NCBI GenBank assembly: GCA_963674865.2 | Contig: CAXXYE010000008.1 | Coordinates: 64,001-128,000, forward strand | DNA length: 64,000 bases | Direction: 5' to 3' | Source: Candidatus Hydrogenedentota bacterium | Lineage (GTDB): Bacteria; Hydrogenedentota; Hydrogenedentia; Hydrogenedentales; SLHB01 | In this document: positions 10,183 through 19,668 of the stretch, one piece after another | How the letters are laid out: each line of letters starts with the position of its first letter | Numbering within the stretch: position 1 is the stretch's first letter | Position numbers and translations under genes: made by a program | The notes under the pieces: model-generated | What the model was told of the DNA's origin: nothing | Seen by the model: only the letters and a program-made list of their open reading frames with translations | The model's database searches: none

Positions 10183-11040
10183 ATGAATACGAGTGGGTCG
10201 TTGGACGAAAGACTGCGGGCGTTGGGCGCCGAGCTGAGCTTCGATGGGTCGATGGCGGAGCGAGTGATGAACCGTGTGAAGAACATGCAGCGAACGCCGG
10301 GAGTCCCGCCGTTGCGCCGTCGCGTCCTAAGACCGGCGTTGGCATGCACCGTGAGCCTGGTCATCAGCGTGGCCGCGGGACTCGCGGGAGGCTATGGGCA
10401 GGTCGTGGCCGCAGTTGAACCGGGGGCGGCCCGTGGCGCCGCTCACCAACTGGCCATCCTCTCCATTCTCACGTTATTAGGCCTGTTGCTGGCCATAGTA
10501 GTCTGTATCCCGTGGTTGCTCGTAGTGGCCATGAGAGGCAGGAAGTACGGCGCCGTGCTCTGGTTGGCCGCCTTCGGCGTTCTCGTCGGGCACACCGTTT
10601 GGCAGGCAAGCATGCTGCCCGCGCCGGCGGGCATCGACGTGGCCCTTGCCGCAACAAGCGCCTCGGGAGACGTGTCCGTCCATGCCATTCGCATGGCCTC
10701 GCCGAGCAAGGGACACAGTGTCATCGAGGTGGACGCCTCAAACGCGGGGAACGAGCAACGTTCTCTGGCCCTGGTTTACTATGCCAAGGGTGGCAAGATC
10801 GGGCCCTTCTACAGCCCAGGAGCAAGTTCGGGAGGAATGAGCAAAGTCATTCCCCCGGGCTGGACGGGCACCCTGTCCTTTGACTTCCGCGTCCAGCACA
10901 CGTTTGGCTACGGAGGAGGGGTGGATATTGCGCTCGGGGTACTGCCCTTCGCTCGGGAGCGAGATATGTACTATCCACTTCCCGGGGAAGCCGAAGAGAT
11001 CTTCGCGGAGCAGTTCATGCTTGTGCCCGAGAAGCGGTAA
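10183..11040 (+). CDS. Putative membrane anti-sigma factor
   Basis: 10 nt downstream of the ECF gene; short cytoplasmic N-terminus, about three hydrophobic segments, beta-rich C-terminal domain. Confidence 0.6.
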   Translation: MNTSGSLDERLRALGAELSFDGSMAERVMNRVKNMQRTPGVPPLRRRVLRPALACTVSLVISVAAGLAGGYGQVVAAVEPGAARGAAHQLAILSILTLLGLLLAIVVCIPWLLVVAMRGRKYGAVLWLAAFGVLVGHTVWQASMLPAPAGIDVALAATSASGDVSVHAIRMASPSKGHSVIEVDASNAGNEQRSLALVYYAKGGKIGPFYSPGASSGGMSKVIPPGWTGTLSFDFRVQHTFGYGGGVDIALGVLPFARERDMYYPLPGEAEEIFAEQFMLVPEKR

Positions 11041-11092
11041 GCGCCGCTTACGAGTACCCCTGGCCTGTGTGGCATGAAGGCTGGCGTGGCGC

Positions 11093-12226
11093 CTACTCGA
11101 AATTCGTCTCAAGCTCACGGTCGAGGGCGCGTCCGTACCAGCGGTTAAAGATAAGTACCGCCGCCACCAGAGAGAGCCACGCGTAAGGTTGCATGAATGT
11201 CGCCAGTCCCCAGGCGAAGAGATGTCCGAGGAGTTCCTCGCGCGCGGCGATGCCCGTCACGGCGCCCCAGAAAGCCACCAGGGCGACGGATACCAGCATC
11301 TGTCCCGTTATCTTCGCTTCAAGATAGGCTGTCTTCTTCCGGAACAGAAGCACCATCCCCGTGAGTAGAGACAGCGTCCCCAGGACGGGGCAGGCGACGA
11401 AGTCGAGCGATGTGAGGCTGATGCGGCCCACGGACGCGGTCGCTGGCTGGGCCGCCCTGCCTGTCCACACCAGGTAGGCGAGGAGGATGGAGTAGGCCCA
11501 CAGGCCGCCGAAGACGACGATGGAGCACCAGGCCACCGCCCTCACCAGCCGGGAAGAACCGCCCGCCGTGACTGCTTCGCGGTTTTCTCGGAGTCGAGCG
11601 ACCCTGATCTGCGCGTTTGGACTCAACATGGCGAGTTGCTGGACGCTCCAGCAGACAAACATGATGCCCACCACCGTCGACAGCAGCGCCATAGTGTTGA
11701 TGCCGGGCCCGGACGCCCCCGCTCCGCCCACAAAGAGCTGGTAAACGCCTGCAAAGAACAGGAGCGGAGCGTTCAGGCTATAGACTCCGCGGTGAGGATA
11801 GACTAAGCCCACGGCGCCACTCCCGAGGAGCGCCGCCCCCCACATCCACCAGAAAACGTCCGGTAGGACTAGGAAGAGAATGCCCGAAAGCCCTAGTGCC
11901 ACGGCCTGTAGGCGCACTTCCTTTCGGGCTTCCCCGGGCGATTTCCGGGGCATGCACGTCATGAGACGAACGAGGTCGCCACGTCCCAGGTAGAATGAGT
12001 GGGATTTGACGCCTTCCAGCACGGCGAAGGTGACGATCCAGCCCCGAAAGAGGTCCCGTTGGAGGCGCAGGTATTGGGCAACGTGCTCGCGAGGTACCAT
12101 CAGCACCTCCCGTTTCTGAGGGTCCCACAGGCGCACGACGGTGGTGTCGAACTCGGCCGTCCACACCTCCTTGGTGCGTGTGTTCTTGAGCCTGAGCGAA
12201 AGCGTGTTCAGTGGAACGCCCCCCAA
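11093..12226 (-). CDS. Hypothetical multi-pass membrane protein
   Basis: About 100-aa soluble N-terminus followed by about eight TM segments; GAAGGAG RBS before TTG. Confidence 0.7.
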   Translation of the reverse strand: MGGVPLNTLSLRLKNTRTKEVWTAEFDTTVVRLWDPQKREVLMVPREHVAQYLRLQRDLFRGWIVTFAVLEGVKSHSFYLGRGDLVRLMTCMPRKSPGEARKEVRLQAVALGLSGILFLVLPDVFWWMWGAALLGSGAVGLVYPHRGVYSLNAPLLFFAGVYQLFVGGAGASGPGINTMALLSTVVGIMFVCWSVQQLAMLSPNAQIRVARLRENREAVTAGGSSRLVRAVAWCSIVVFGGLWAYSILLAYLVWTGRAAQPATASVGRISLTSLDFVACPVLGTLSLLTGMVLLFRKKTAYLEAKITGQMLVSVALVAFWGAVTGIAAREELLGHLFAWGLATFMQPYAWLSLVAAVLIFNRWYGRALDRELETNFE

Positions 12227-12435
12227 TTCAAACTCCTTCTTAGCAATGTCGCCGGCCGCCTGAGAAGCGTCCGTGCTTGCTCCTTACCATAATACCATAC
12301 TGCCCGCCTTCCTCGGCCATCAGGACGGAGCCTTCTGACCTCCAACTTCGCAGCGCCCGCGTGTGTGGTCGCTCCTGTTGCTGAGTGAGGTCGAAGCATA
12401 CCGCCCGATGCCGATAGGCGAGTGCAGAGCCGCAT

Positions 12436-12464
12436 TTGAGCAGGCCTTCGTGTTTTGGTATGAT
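12436..12464 (+). promoter_or_regulatory. sigma70 promoter of the rpsF operon
   Basis: TTGAGC, 17-nt spacer, TG-extended TATGAT (12459-12464). Confidence 0.65.
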
Positions 12465-12520
12465 CCACCTCTGGTTTGTTTCTGGTTTGCCTTTACAACC
12501 TGAACCGCCGAAGGGAGGTG
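12465..12520 (+). promoter_or_regulatory. Probable S6:S18 ribosomal-protein leader
   Basis: CACCTC (12466-71) pairs with the RBS GAGGTG (12515-20), with CCG just 5' of the RBS; resembles the known S6:S18 autoregulatory RNA. Confidence 0.5.
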
Positions 12521-12525
12521 AAGAT

Positions 12526-12966
12526 TTGAGGACCTACGAAGCGCTCTACATCGTCCGTCCCGACTTGAAGGACGATGAGATCCAGACGGTAGCAAACGGT
12601 GTTGAATCGCTAGTGACGGAGAACGCCGGGACTATCGTGCGCTCGGAGATCTGGGGCAAGCGACGGCTTGCGTACGAGGTACAGAAGTTCAACGAGGGGT
12701 GTTATGTGCTGCTGAGATTTACAGCCGTCCCCACGCTAGTCGCCCGTCTCGAGAATCATTTCCGACTCACGGAAGCCATTATCCGTTATCTGGTCGTTCA
12801 TTTCAGCGAGCATGACCTACGCCTGGAAGAGGAACAGCAAAAACGCAAGCAAGACGAGATTCACCCCGGCGCCGGCGGGCCTGCGCGCGACGGACGCCGC
12901 GGCGCCTACCGAAAGCGTGATAGCGAAGACGGCGAACGGGATACACGTAGAGACGAGGAAGAGTAA
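12526..12966 (+). CDS. rpsF: 30S ribosomal protein S6
   Basis: RTYEALYIVRPDL, WGKRRLAYEV; TTG start after GGAGGTG; charged C-terminal extension. Confidence 0.95.
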   Translation: MRTYEALYIVRPDLKDDEIQTVANGVESLVTENAGTIVRSEIWGKRRLAYEVQKFNEGCYVLLRFTAVPTLVARLENHFRLTEAIIRYLVVHFSEHDLRLEEEQQKRKQDEIHPGAGGPARDGRRGAYRKRDSEDGERDTRRDEEE

Positions 12967-12984
12967 CGGGGGAGGATAATTCGG

Positions 12985-13410
12985 ATGTCGGACCTACGAA
13001 TGCCGGACCTCAACCAGGTGTTGCTTTGCGGCAGGCTTACCCGTGACCCGGAACTGCGCTATCTGCCTTCAGGTACGGCGCTCTGCAAGCTCGGGCTCGC
13101 GGTATCGCGAAGATATCGGTCGAAAGAAGGGGAGCGCAAAGAAGAGACCCTCTTCATCAACGTGACCGTATGGGAGAAGCAGGCCGAGTTCTGCGGAGAG
13201 AATCTCCGCAAGGGTCGGCCGGTGCTTGTCGAAGGGCAACTGCAAAGCGACGAGTGGGAAGATAAGCAAACTGGGCAACGGCGATCGAGCATTCAAGTGC
13301 GCGCCCGCCGTATCCAGCAACTGGACTGGGCCGACCAGGGCGCGCCGCCCCCCAAGCCGGAACCCCGCGTGATCGAGGAACCGATACCCGAGGACGACAT
13401 CCCGTTTTAG
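12985..13410 (+). CDS. ssb: Single-stranded DNA-binding protein
   Basis: NQVLLCGRLTRDPELRY OB fold; C-terminal EDDIPF. Confidence 0.96.
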   Translation: MSDLRMPDLNQVLLCGRLTRDPELRYLPSGTALCKLGLAVSRRYRSKEGERKEETLFINVTVWEKQAEFCGENLRKGRPVLVEGQLQSDEWEDKQTGQRRSSIQVRARRIQQLDWADQGAPPPKPEPRVIEEPIPEDDIPF

Positions 13411-13434
13411 CTGCTCCGTTTTTGGAGGTTATCC

Positions 13435-13701
13435 ATGGCGAAAACAACCGCCAGAATAAAGTCGAAGGCGAAAAAGAGAAAGAAGAAAGGTCTGGGGCGC
13501 AAGAAAGTGTGCCGCCTGACCGTGGATCGTGTTGTATACATCGACTACAAAGATGTGGGCCTGCTGAAGCACTTCGTGACGGAGCGCGGCAAGATCATCC
13601 CGCGCCGCATCACGGGAGCAACGGCGAAGCACCAGCGTATGCTTACACGAGCCATTAAGCTGGCGCGCCAGATCGCGCTCTTGCCCTACTCGGCGGACTA
13701 G
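13435..13701 (+). CDS. rpsR: 30S ribosomal protein S18
   Basis: [33 protein letters not shown]. Confidence 0.96.
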   Translation: MAKTTARIKSKAKKRKKKGLGRKKVCRLTVDRVVYIDYKDVGLLKHFVTERGKIIPRRITGATAKHQRMLTRAIKLARQIALLPYSAD

Positions 13702-13796
13702 CTAGACCTGCGGAGCGCTCCTTGCCGTCCGTGACGATGTCGTTCGTGCGGACGCATCGGTCGCATAGGAGCGCATTCCGTGGGTAAACCTCATCA

Positions 13797-14768
13797 ATGC
13801 CCTGGAGTCGGGCCATGGTTGCGTATCTGACCACCGCTCTCGCCCTCTTTTTGGCTGCCCTCATGGCTACGTGGGCACGTCTCTATCCTTTGGGCATTGT
13901 GGTATTTCCCGTGCCTGTGGCGCTCTACTTGGCGCGCGGTCGACGTGGGTTGGCGGCGGGCCTAATCGCCTGTGTGGGCGTCGGCGCCTTGGCGGCGTCC
14001 GGGGCGTGGGAGGTGGGCCTGCTCTACCTCTTGGCGGCGGGTGCGGGGTGGCCCCTAGGCTTGGGACTGACCCGGCGCTGGGCCTACGGCAGGATGGTGA
14101 GCATCCTTACCGTGTGGGCGTTTGCGCTGGTCTTGATGAGCATTGTTGGCGCGTGGGATGATTGGAACGCTCAGGCCGTTTTTGCGCATGACACCTTGAC
14201 CGCGGAGTTGGACAAGCGTACCGAGGCGAATCCAGCGGACGAGCAGGCCGCGGCAATCCGCGCCAACCTGACTTGGCTCAAGGATCGCTGGGCGTCTCTT
14301 GGGCTGGGCCTTACGTTCTGCCCGGTGCTGATCGGCGCGTGCGTTGCGGTGTCATTCATGGCCCGCTGGGCCCGGCTGAGGTGCGGACGGCCCGGGCCTC
14401 GTGGCTCCTTCAGGGACATGCGTGTCCCGGAATGGCTAGTGTGGGTCGTCATTTTGGCCGCCGTTACGTGGTTTATTGACCGGCGATGGCCCGTGACTGG
14501 ACTTCGGATTGTATCGTGGAACACGGCTGTCGGACTTTCGGCTGTGTATTGGCTGAACGGCCTATCGATCCTGGTTTACGCGGCGACGGTGTTGCGGCCC
14601 CACTTGTTTGTTACCGTGGCCGCAGTGTTCGTGTTGTTTTACTTGGGCGTTCATCCGGTGTTGTGTTTTGTTGGATTGTTTGATACTTGGAGCGACTTCC
14701 GGCGTAGGATAGACCGGTTCATATTAGAACGGAGCCGGCGTATCCCCCCGGAAGACGACGCACCTTAG
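13797..14768 (+). CDS. DUF2232/YybS family membrane protein
   Basis: Multi-TM; GLFDTWSDFR C-terminal motif; conserved position between rpsR and rplI. Confidence 0.82.
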   Translation: MPWSRAMVAYLTTALALFLAALMATWARLYPLGIVVFPVPVALYLARGRRGLAAGLIACVGVGALAASGAWEVGLLYLLAAGAGWPLGLGLTRRWAYGRMVSILTVWAFALVLMSIVGAWDDWNAQAVFAHDTLTAELDKRTEANPADEQAAAIRANLTWLKDRWASLGLGLTFCPVLIGACVAVSFMARWARLRCGRPGPRGSFRDMRVPEWLVWVVILAAVTWFIDRRWPVTGLRIVSWNTAVGLSAVYWLNGLSILVYAATVLRPHLFVTVAAVFVLFYLGVHPVLCFVGLFDTWSDFRRRIDRFILERSRRIPPEDDAP

Positions 14769-14812
14769 TCTGGTAAGGGCTCTGAGGGGGCGAGCCAAGG
14801 GAGGAATTTTGG

Positions 14813-15274
14813 GTGAAGGTTATCCTTTGTGAGAACGTGCCGAACCTCGGCGAGATGGGCAAGACGGTGAGTGTACCTGACGGCTATGGGCGGAACTTCC
14901 TTATCCCGCGCAAGTTGGCTGTGCAGGCTGACTCGGGGAGCGCGAAGCAGCTCGAGCATGAGCGCCGGATCATTCAGCGCCGTGAGGAGAAGCAGCGCGC
15001 GCAACTGGCCGAGAAAGCCAAGGCTATCGAGGGGCTTACCATCGAGATTCAGGCGTTGGCCGGGGAAGAGGACCGCATTTTCGGTTCCGTGACAACGGCA
15101 AACATCGCCGAGAAACTTAACGAGATGGGCCACGCGATTGATCGCAAGAGCATCTTGCTGGAAGAGCCGATCAAGGCCCTGGGCATATTTGCCGTGCCCG
15201 TCCGCCTCGCGAGCGGGATTGAGGCCAGCGTGAAAGTCTGGGTCAACGCGGCGGAAAAGAGCGCGGAAGAATAG
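14813..15274 (+). CDS. rplI: 50S ribosomal protein L9
   Basis: MKVIL...LG..G..V.V.DGYGRNFLIP, FGSVT, PIKALG. Confidence 0.96.
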   Translation: MKVILCENVPNLGEMGKTVSVPDGYGRNFLIPRKLAVQADSGSAKQLEHERRIIQRREEKQRAQLAEKAKAIEGLTIEIQALAGEEDRIFGSVTTANIAEKLNEMGHAIDRKSILLEEPIKALGIFAVPVRLASGIEASVKVWVNAAEKSAEE

Positions 15275-15357
15275 CCTCTCGAGAGCCCGCCGAAAATGTT
15301 ATGCTTGTTGTACTGTGCGCCCAAAGGTAAGTGCGGGCGCGAGGGAGGCTTCCGAAG

Positions 15358-16788
15358 GTGGCCAGGCAGAGACAATCCGTGTCGTTGTATGACCGGATGC
15401 CTCCGCACAACGTCGACGCGGAGCGCTCCGTGTTGGGGGCGATGCTGCTCAACCCCGATGCGGTAGGCGCCGCCATCGAGGTTCTTCACGACAAGCCGAC
15501 CGAAGTCTTCTACGCTGAGGCCCACCAGCATATCTATACCGCGGTTGTGTCCCTTTTTGGCCGGAACACACCCGTGGACGCCGTTACGCTGGTTGAGCAA
15601 CTGACGCGGGACAACCGGCTCGATGCTGCGGGCGGGCCAAGCTACATCGCCGACCTTGCGTCCGCGGTGCCGACGTCGGCCAATGTGGAGCACTATGCCC
15701 GCATCGTGCTCGACGCTGCCGTGCTTCGCAAACTCATCTCGAGGTGCAGCCTCATTGCCGGGGAAGCATATGACCTGCCGGACGATGTGAACTCGTTTCT
15801 GGATCGTGCCGAGGCGGACATCTTCTCCATTGCCGAAACACGGCAACTAAATCCCATCTACCAGTTGAATGAACTTGTGCCTGACGCCGTCGTGCGGATC
15901 GAGAACCTCATCAAGTCGCACTCGGGCATCACCGGTTTGCCCACTGGATTCACCGAGTTGGACAAGTTGCTCTCCGGCCTGCAGCCCTCCGACATGATTG
16001 TCTTGGCGGCACGTCCTTCTGTCGGGAAAACCGCCTTCGCGCTGAATATCGCAACGCATGCCGCTGTTCACGACCAGAAGCCGGTTCTGATGTTCAGCCT
16101 CGAGATGGCCAAAGAACAGCTCGCGCAGCGCATGCTGTGCCTCGAAGGTCAGATCGATACCGGCAGGCTTCGGGACGGATTCCTGGCGGGCAAGGAGTTT
16201 CCGAAAGTCCAGCACGCGGCCGATAAACTTTCCCGAGCCCCCATTTTCATTGACGACACGGCCAATATAACCGCACTCGAGATCCGCTCCAAGGCGCGGC
16301 GGCATAAGTCCCAGCATGGCCTTGAACTTCTTGTCGTAGACTACATGCAGCTCATGAGCAGCCCGCGGCGGGCGGAAAACCGCCAAGTCGAGATCTCCGA
16401 TATCTCACGTTCGATCAAAGGACTGGCGCGGGAGCTTAGCGTGCCCGTTATCGCGATATCCCAGCTCAGCCGCGAGGCCGAGCGCGATGATACCGGGACA
16501 CCCAAATTATCCCACCTGCGGGAGTCGGGCGCCATCGAGCAGGATGCGGACGTGGTTCTGATGCTTTCCCGGCCGCGGGACGAGGAAAACCGCAATCTCA
16601 TCAAGCTTCACGTGGCGAAACAGCGCAACGGGCCTACGGGAGAGGTAGATCTTTTCTTTGACAGGAATACACAGCGATTTGGGGACCTCGTCGACGATGC
16701 GAGCAAGTTCGCGCCTTCGGCGCAGGTGCACGAATCGGCTCCGGACTATGGCGAGGAGTACGTCTCGGACGACGACGTGCCCTTCTAA
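15358..16788 (+). CDS. dnaB: Replicative DNA helicase
   Basis: PPHNVDAERSVLG, AARPSVGKT, VDYMQL, SQLSR, LRESGAIEQDAD, KQRNGP; GTG start after GGGAGG; no intein. Confidence 0.96.
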   Translation: MARQRQSVSLYDRMPPHNVDAERSVLGAMLLNPDAVGAAIEVLHDKPTEVFYAEAHQHIYTAVVSLFGRNTPVDAVTLVEQLTRDNRLDAAGGPSYIADLASAVPTSANVEHYARIVLDAAVLRKLISRCSLIAGEAYDLPDDVNSFLDRAEADIFSIAETRQLNPIYQLNELVPDAVVRIENLIKSHSGITGLPTGFTELDKLLSGLQPSDMIVLAARPSVGKTAFALNIATHAAVHDQKPVLMFSLEMAKEQLAQRMLCLEGQIDTGRLRDGFLAGKEFPKVQHAADKLSRAPIFIDDTANITALEIRSKARRHKSQHGLELLVVDYMQLMSSPRRAENRQVEISDISRSIKGLARELSVPVIAISQLSREAERDDTGTPKLSHLRESGAIEQDADVVLMLSRPRDEENRNLIKLHVAKQRNGPTGEVDLFFDRNTQRFGDLVDDASKFAPSAQVHESAPDYGEEYVSDDDVPF

Positions 16789-16851
16789 GCGGGGCATGGA
16801 AGCGCAGGCCGGCCGCGTGGCCGGAACACTGAGGAAACGAGGAGATTGGGC

Positions 16852-17721
16852 ATGTTTCGTGGATCCATCGTAGCGGTTGTCACGCCGTTTAAGGCTAATT
16901 CGGATGTGGACTATGACGCCTACGGCAGACTAATCGATTTTCACATCGAGCAAGGCACCGACGGCATCGTCCCCTGCGGCTGCACCGGCGAGGCGGCCAC
17001 TTTGTCCCATGATGAGCAGAAGGCCTGTATCCGCTTCGTGACGGAGCGGGTTGCGGGCAGGAAGCCCGTCATTGCCGGGACAGGGTCGAACAATACGAAA
17101 GAGGCCCTAACGCTGACGCGGTACGCGAAGGAAGTCGGCGCCGACGGAGCGCTTCTGATAACGCCCTACTACAACAAACCAACGGCTGCCGGGCAGATCG
17201 CTCATTACACAACAATTGCCAATGCCGTGGATATCCCCATCGTTCTGTATAACGTGCCGGGACGCACGGGCACAAAGATAGCGCCGGAAACGATTGCAGG
17301 ATTGAGCCAAGTGGACAACATTGTGGCCGTCAAGGAGGCCTGTGGAAGCGTGGATCAGGTGTCGCAGATTCTCAGTCTTTGTGAGATCGCCGTGATCTCG
17401 GGCGACGACAGCCTGACGCTGCCGATGATGGCCGTCGGCGCCACGGGCGTAATCTCCGTTGCGGCAAATGTGGCGCCGGCCAAGGTGGCGAGAATGTGCG
17501 CGGCCTTCGAGCAGGGCGATTTGGACAGGGCGAGGAAACTGCACTACGAGTTGATGCCTTTGTTTAAGGCCTTGTTCCTGGAAACGAATCCTATGCCGGT
17601 GAAGGCCACGCTCGCGAAGATGGGCTTGATCGAGAACATTCTCCGGTTGCCGTTGACGACGATGCAGCCGCAGATGTTTTCAAAACTCGAACCTGTTATT
17701 GCAAAACTTGGACTGGTGTAA
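16852..17721 (+). CDS. dapA: 4-hydroxy-tetrahydrodipicolinate synthase
   Basis: GCTGE, PYYNKP, LYNVPGRTG, VKEA, SGDD, ETNPMPVK. Confidence 0.95.
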   Translation: MFRGSIVAVVTPFKANSDVDYDAYGRLIDFHIEQGTDGIVPCGCTGEAATLSHDEQKACIRFVTERVAGRKPVIAGTGSNNTKEALTLTRYAKEVGADGALLITPYYNKPTAAGQIAHYTTIANAVDIPIVLYNVPGRTGTKIAPETIAGLSQVDNIVAVKEACGSVDQVSQILSLCEIAVISGDDSLTLPMMAVGATGVISVAANVAPAKVARMCAAFEQGDLDRARKLHYELMPLFKALFLETNPMPVKATLAKMGLIENILRLPLTTMQPQMFSKLEPVIAKLGLV

Positions 17722-17761
17722 AGGCGTTTGGCGTGGCGTGGTGACTTCCGGAGCAAGAATC

Positions 17762-18550
17762 ATGAAGATATGCGTAGCGGGTGCGTGTGGCCGTATGGGA
17801 CGGCGAATTCTGGCGTTGGCTTCCAGCACCGAAGGTATCGAGATAGGCGGCCTGTTTGACGCGTCGGGCCTGGCCGGTACGGCACTGGCCATCGACGGCG
17901 CATCCGGTTCGTTTACCGTGGGGAACGATCCCGCCGCCGAGGTTGCCAAGTCCGACGTGCTCATCGACTTCACCGTGGCTGACGCCTGCGTCGGCAATGT
18001 GAGCCTCGCGGCTGAAGCCGGCAAGGCGTGCGTGGTGGGCACTACCGGCCTGACGGATGCCCACCAGAAGGAACTTGCGGTGCTGGCGCGGAAAGTCCCC
18101 ATTGTGTTCGCGCCGAACATGAGTGTGGGTGTCAACCTTCTATTCAAGCTTACGAGTGAGGTCGCGGCGATTCTTGGCCTGGACTACAACGTGGAAATCG
18201 TGGAAATCCACCACAACCAGAAGCAGGATAGTCCCAGCGGGACGGCTGTACGACTCGCGGAGCGCGCGGCGCAGGCCCTCGGCCTCGACTACGCTGCCGA
18301 CACGGTTCATGGGCGCGAGGGAATGGTGGGCAAACGCCCGCCGCGTCAGATTGGGATGCATGCGGTTCGCGGGGGAGACGTGGTCGGCGAGCACACGGTG
18401 AGTTTCATTGGCCAAGGGGAACGCGTCGAACTCATTCATAAGGCCCACAGTCGAGACAATTTCGTGCGAGGCGCTTTTGTGGCGGCCCGATTCGCCACCG
18501 GGGCGCAGCCCGGCCTGTACGATATGCAGGATGTTCTTGGCCTGAAGTAG
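17762..18550 (+). CDS. dapB: 4-hydroxy-tetrahydrodipicolinate reductase
   Basis: GACGRMG, IDFT, GTTG, EIHH..K.DSPSGTA, RGGDVVGEH. Confidence 0.95.
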   Translation: MKICVAGACGRMGRRILALASSTEGIEIGGLFDASGLAGTALAIDGASGSFTVGNDPAAEVAKSDVLIDFTVADACVGNVSLAAEAGKACVVGTTGLTDAHQKELAVLARKVPIVFAPNMSVGVNLLFKLTSEVAAILGLDYNVEIVEIHHNQKQDSPSGTAVRLAERAAQALGLDYAADTVHGREGMVGKRPPRQIGMHAVRGGDVVGEHTVSFIGQGERVELIHKAHSRDNFVRGAFVAARFATGAQPGLYDMQDVLGLK

Positions 18551-18577
18551 TTCCGGCGTTGGTCCCTTCTCGCCTCG

Positions 18578-19603
18578 TCAGGAACTCACCTGATAGGCGC
18601 GCGCCGTATTCATCAGGGCGCGGATGTTATCAAGAGGCGTCTCGCCCGGCAGATCGCATCCCGTGCTCAGGATGAAGTTCGGGAAACGATCCATGGAATG
18701 CAGGAGGGCCAGCGTCTCCCGCTCCACGGCTTCAGGCGTGCCGCGCAGCATGGTGGTTGCCGGATTGATATTGCCTATCACGGTAACCTCCTCCGACAGA
18801 TTCTCAGCCACTGCCGGCAGGTCGACACCTGCGTCGGCGCTGTCCAGACTCACTCCCGAGACCCCCGTACCAATCATCTTGTCCACGATGCGCATGGTGT
18901 TGCCGCAGGTGTGGTAGATGACATCGATGCCGCTGTACCGGCAACTGGTGGTGATGTGGCGCACGAATGAGGCGGAGAACTGCTCGAATTGATCCGGCCC
19001 AAGCATGACGGCGCTGGGCTCGAGCACACAGACCACCTGGGCGCCCGCCGCAATCAGTAGCCGTACGTACTCGTGGATGCGTTCAGCGGCGAATTCGACG
19101 AGGGTTGTGAACGTGTCCGGCTCCATGATCGTGGCTATGGCGGCGGCGTCCGAGCCAAGGATAAGGGCGGCCAACGAGTACGGCCCGGTGACGTAGGCCC
19201 CGCGGAGCATGTCTGCCGGGAGGCCGATATCCATGAGTCGCATCGTTTCGACATAGCCGTTCAGGCGGCCGTCGAAGCTGATATTGATCTCACGCAATTG
19301 CTCGAGTTCGTCCATATGAAAAGTGTCCTTTGGGACGGTGGCGGACTCGTCCTTCGGGAACAACGTATATCGCCCCATAGCATTGGCTTCCACGGAGAGG
19401 TCCATCAGCGGGAAGATCAGATCCGGGTGATAGAGATGAGCAAGTTTCCGGATGGCCTTGTAGTGCTCGCCGTAGTTCTGCTGCGCCGTCTTGATATTGC
19501 TTCCAATGGCACGCACACCGGGAAAGCCCATCAGAGGCGCCACAATGCGTCGTTTCTCTTCGTACGCTTCATGCGCCATTCGCACCAGGTTACTTCTCGG
19601 CAT
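18578..19603 (-). CDS. Uroporphyrinogen decarboxylase family protein, MtaA/CmuA-type methylcobamide:thiol methyltransferase-like
   Basis: DLSVEANAMG, GPYSLA, HTCG, GNINP and ILSTGCD; both the His-x-Cys and the C-terminal Cys zinc ligands are present. Confidence 0.82.
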   Translation of the reverse strand: MPRSNLVRMAHEAYEEKRRIVAPLMGFPGVRAIGSNIKTAQQNYGEHYKAIRKLAHLYHPDLIFPLMDLSVEANAMGRYTLFPKDESATVPKDTFHMDELEQLREINISFDGRLNGYVETMRLMDIGLPADMLRGAYVTGPYSLAALILGSDAAAIATIMEPDTFTTLVEFAAERIHEYVRLLIAAGAQVVCVLEPSAVMLGPDQFEQFSASFVRHITTSCRYSGIDVIYHTCGNTMRIVDKMIGTGVSGVSLDSADAGVDLPAVAENLSEEVTVIGNINPATTMLRGTPEAVERETLALLHSMDRFPNFILSTGCDLPGETPLDNIRALMNTARAYQVSS

Positions 19604-19668
19604 TACTTCTCATGCTCCTTTTCTCTATGGGTGGATCTTGTTTCCCACTCGATGGAAGTGCTCGACGG

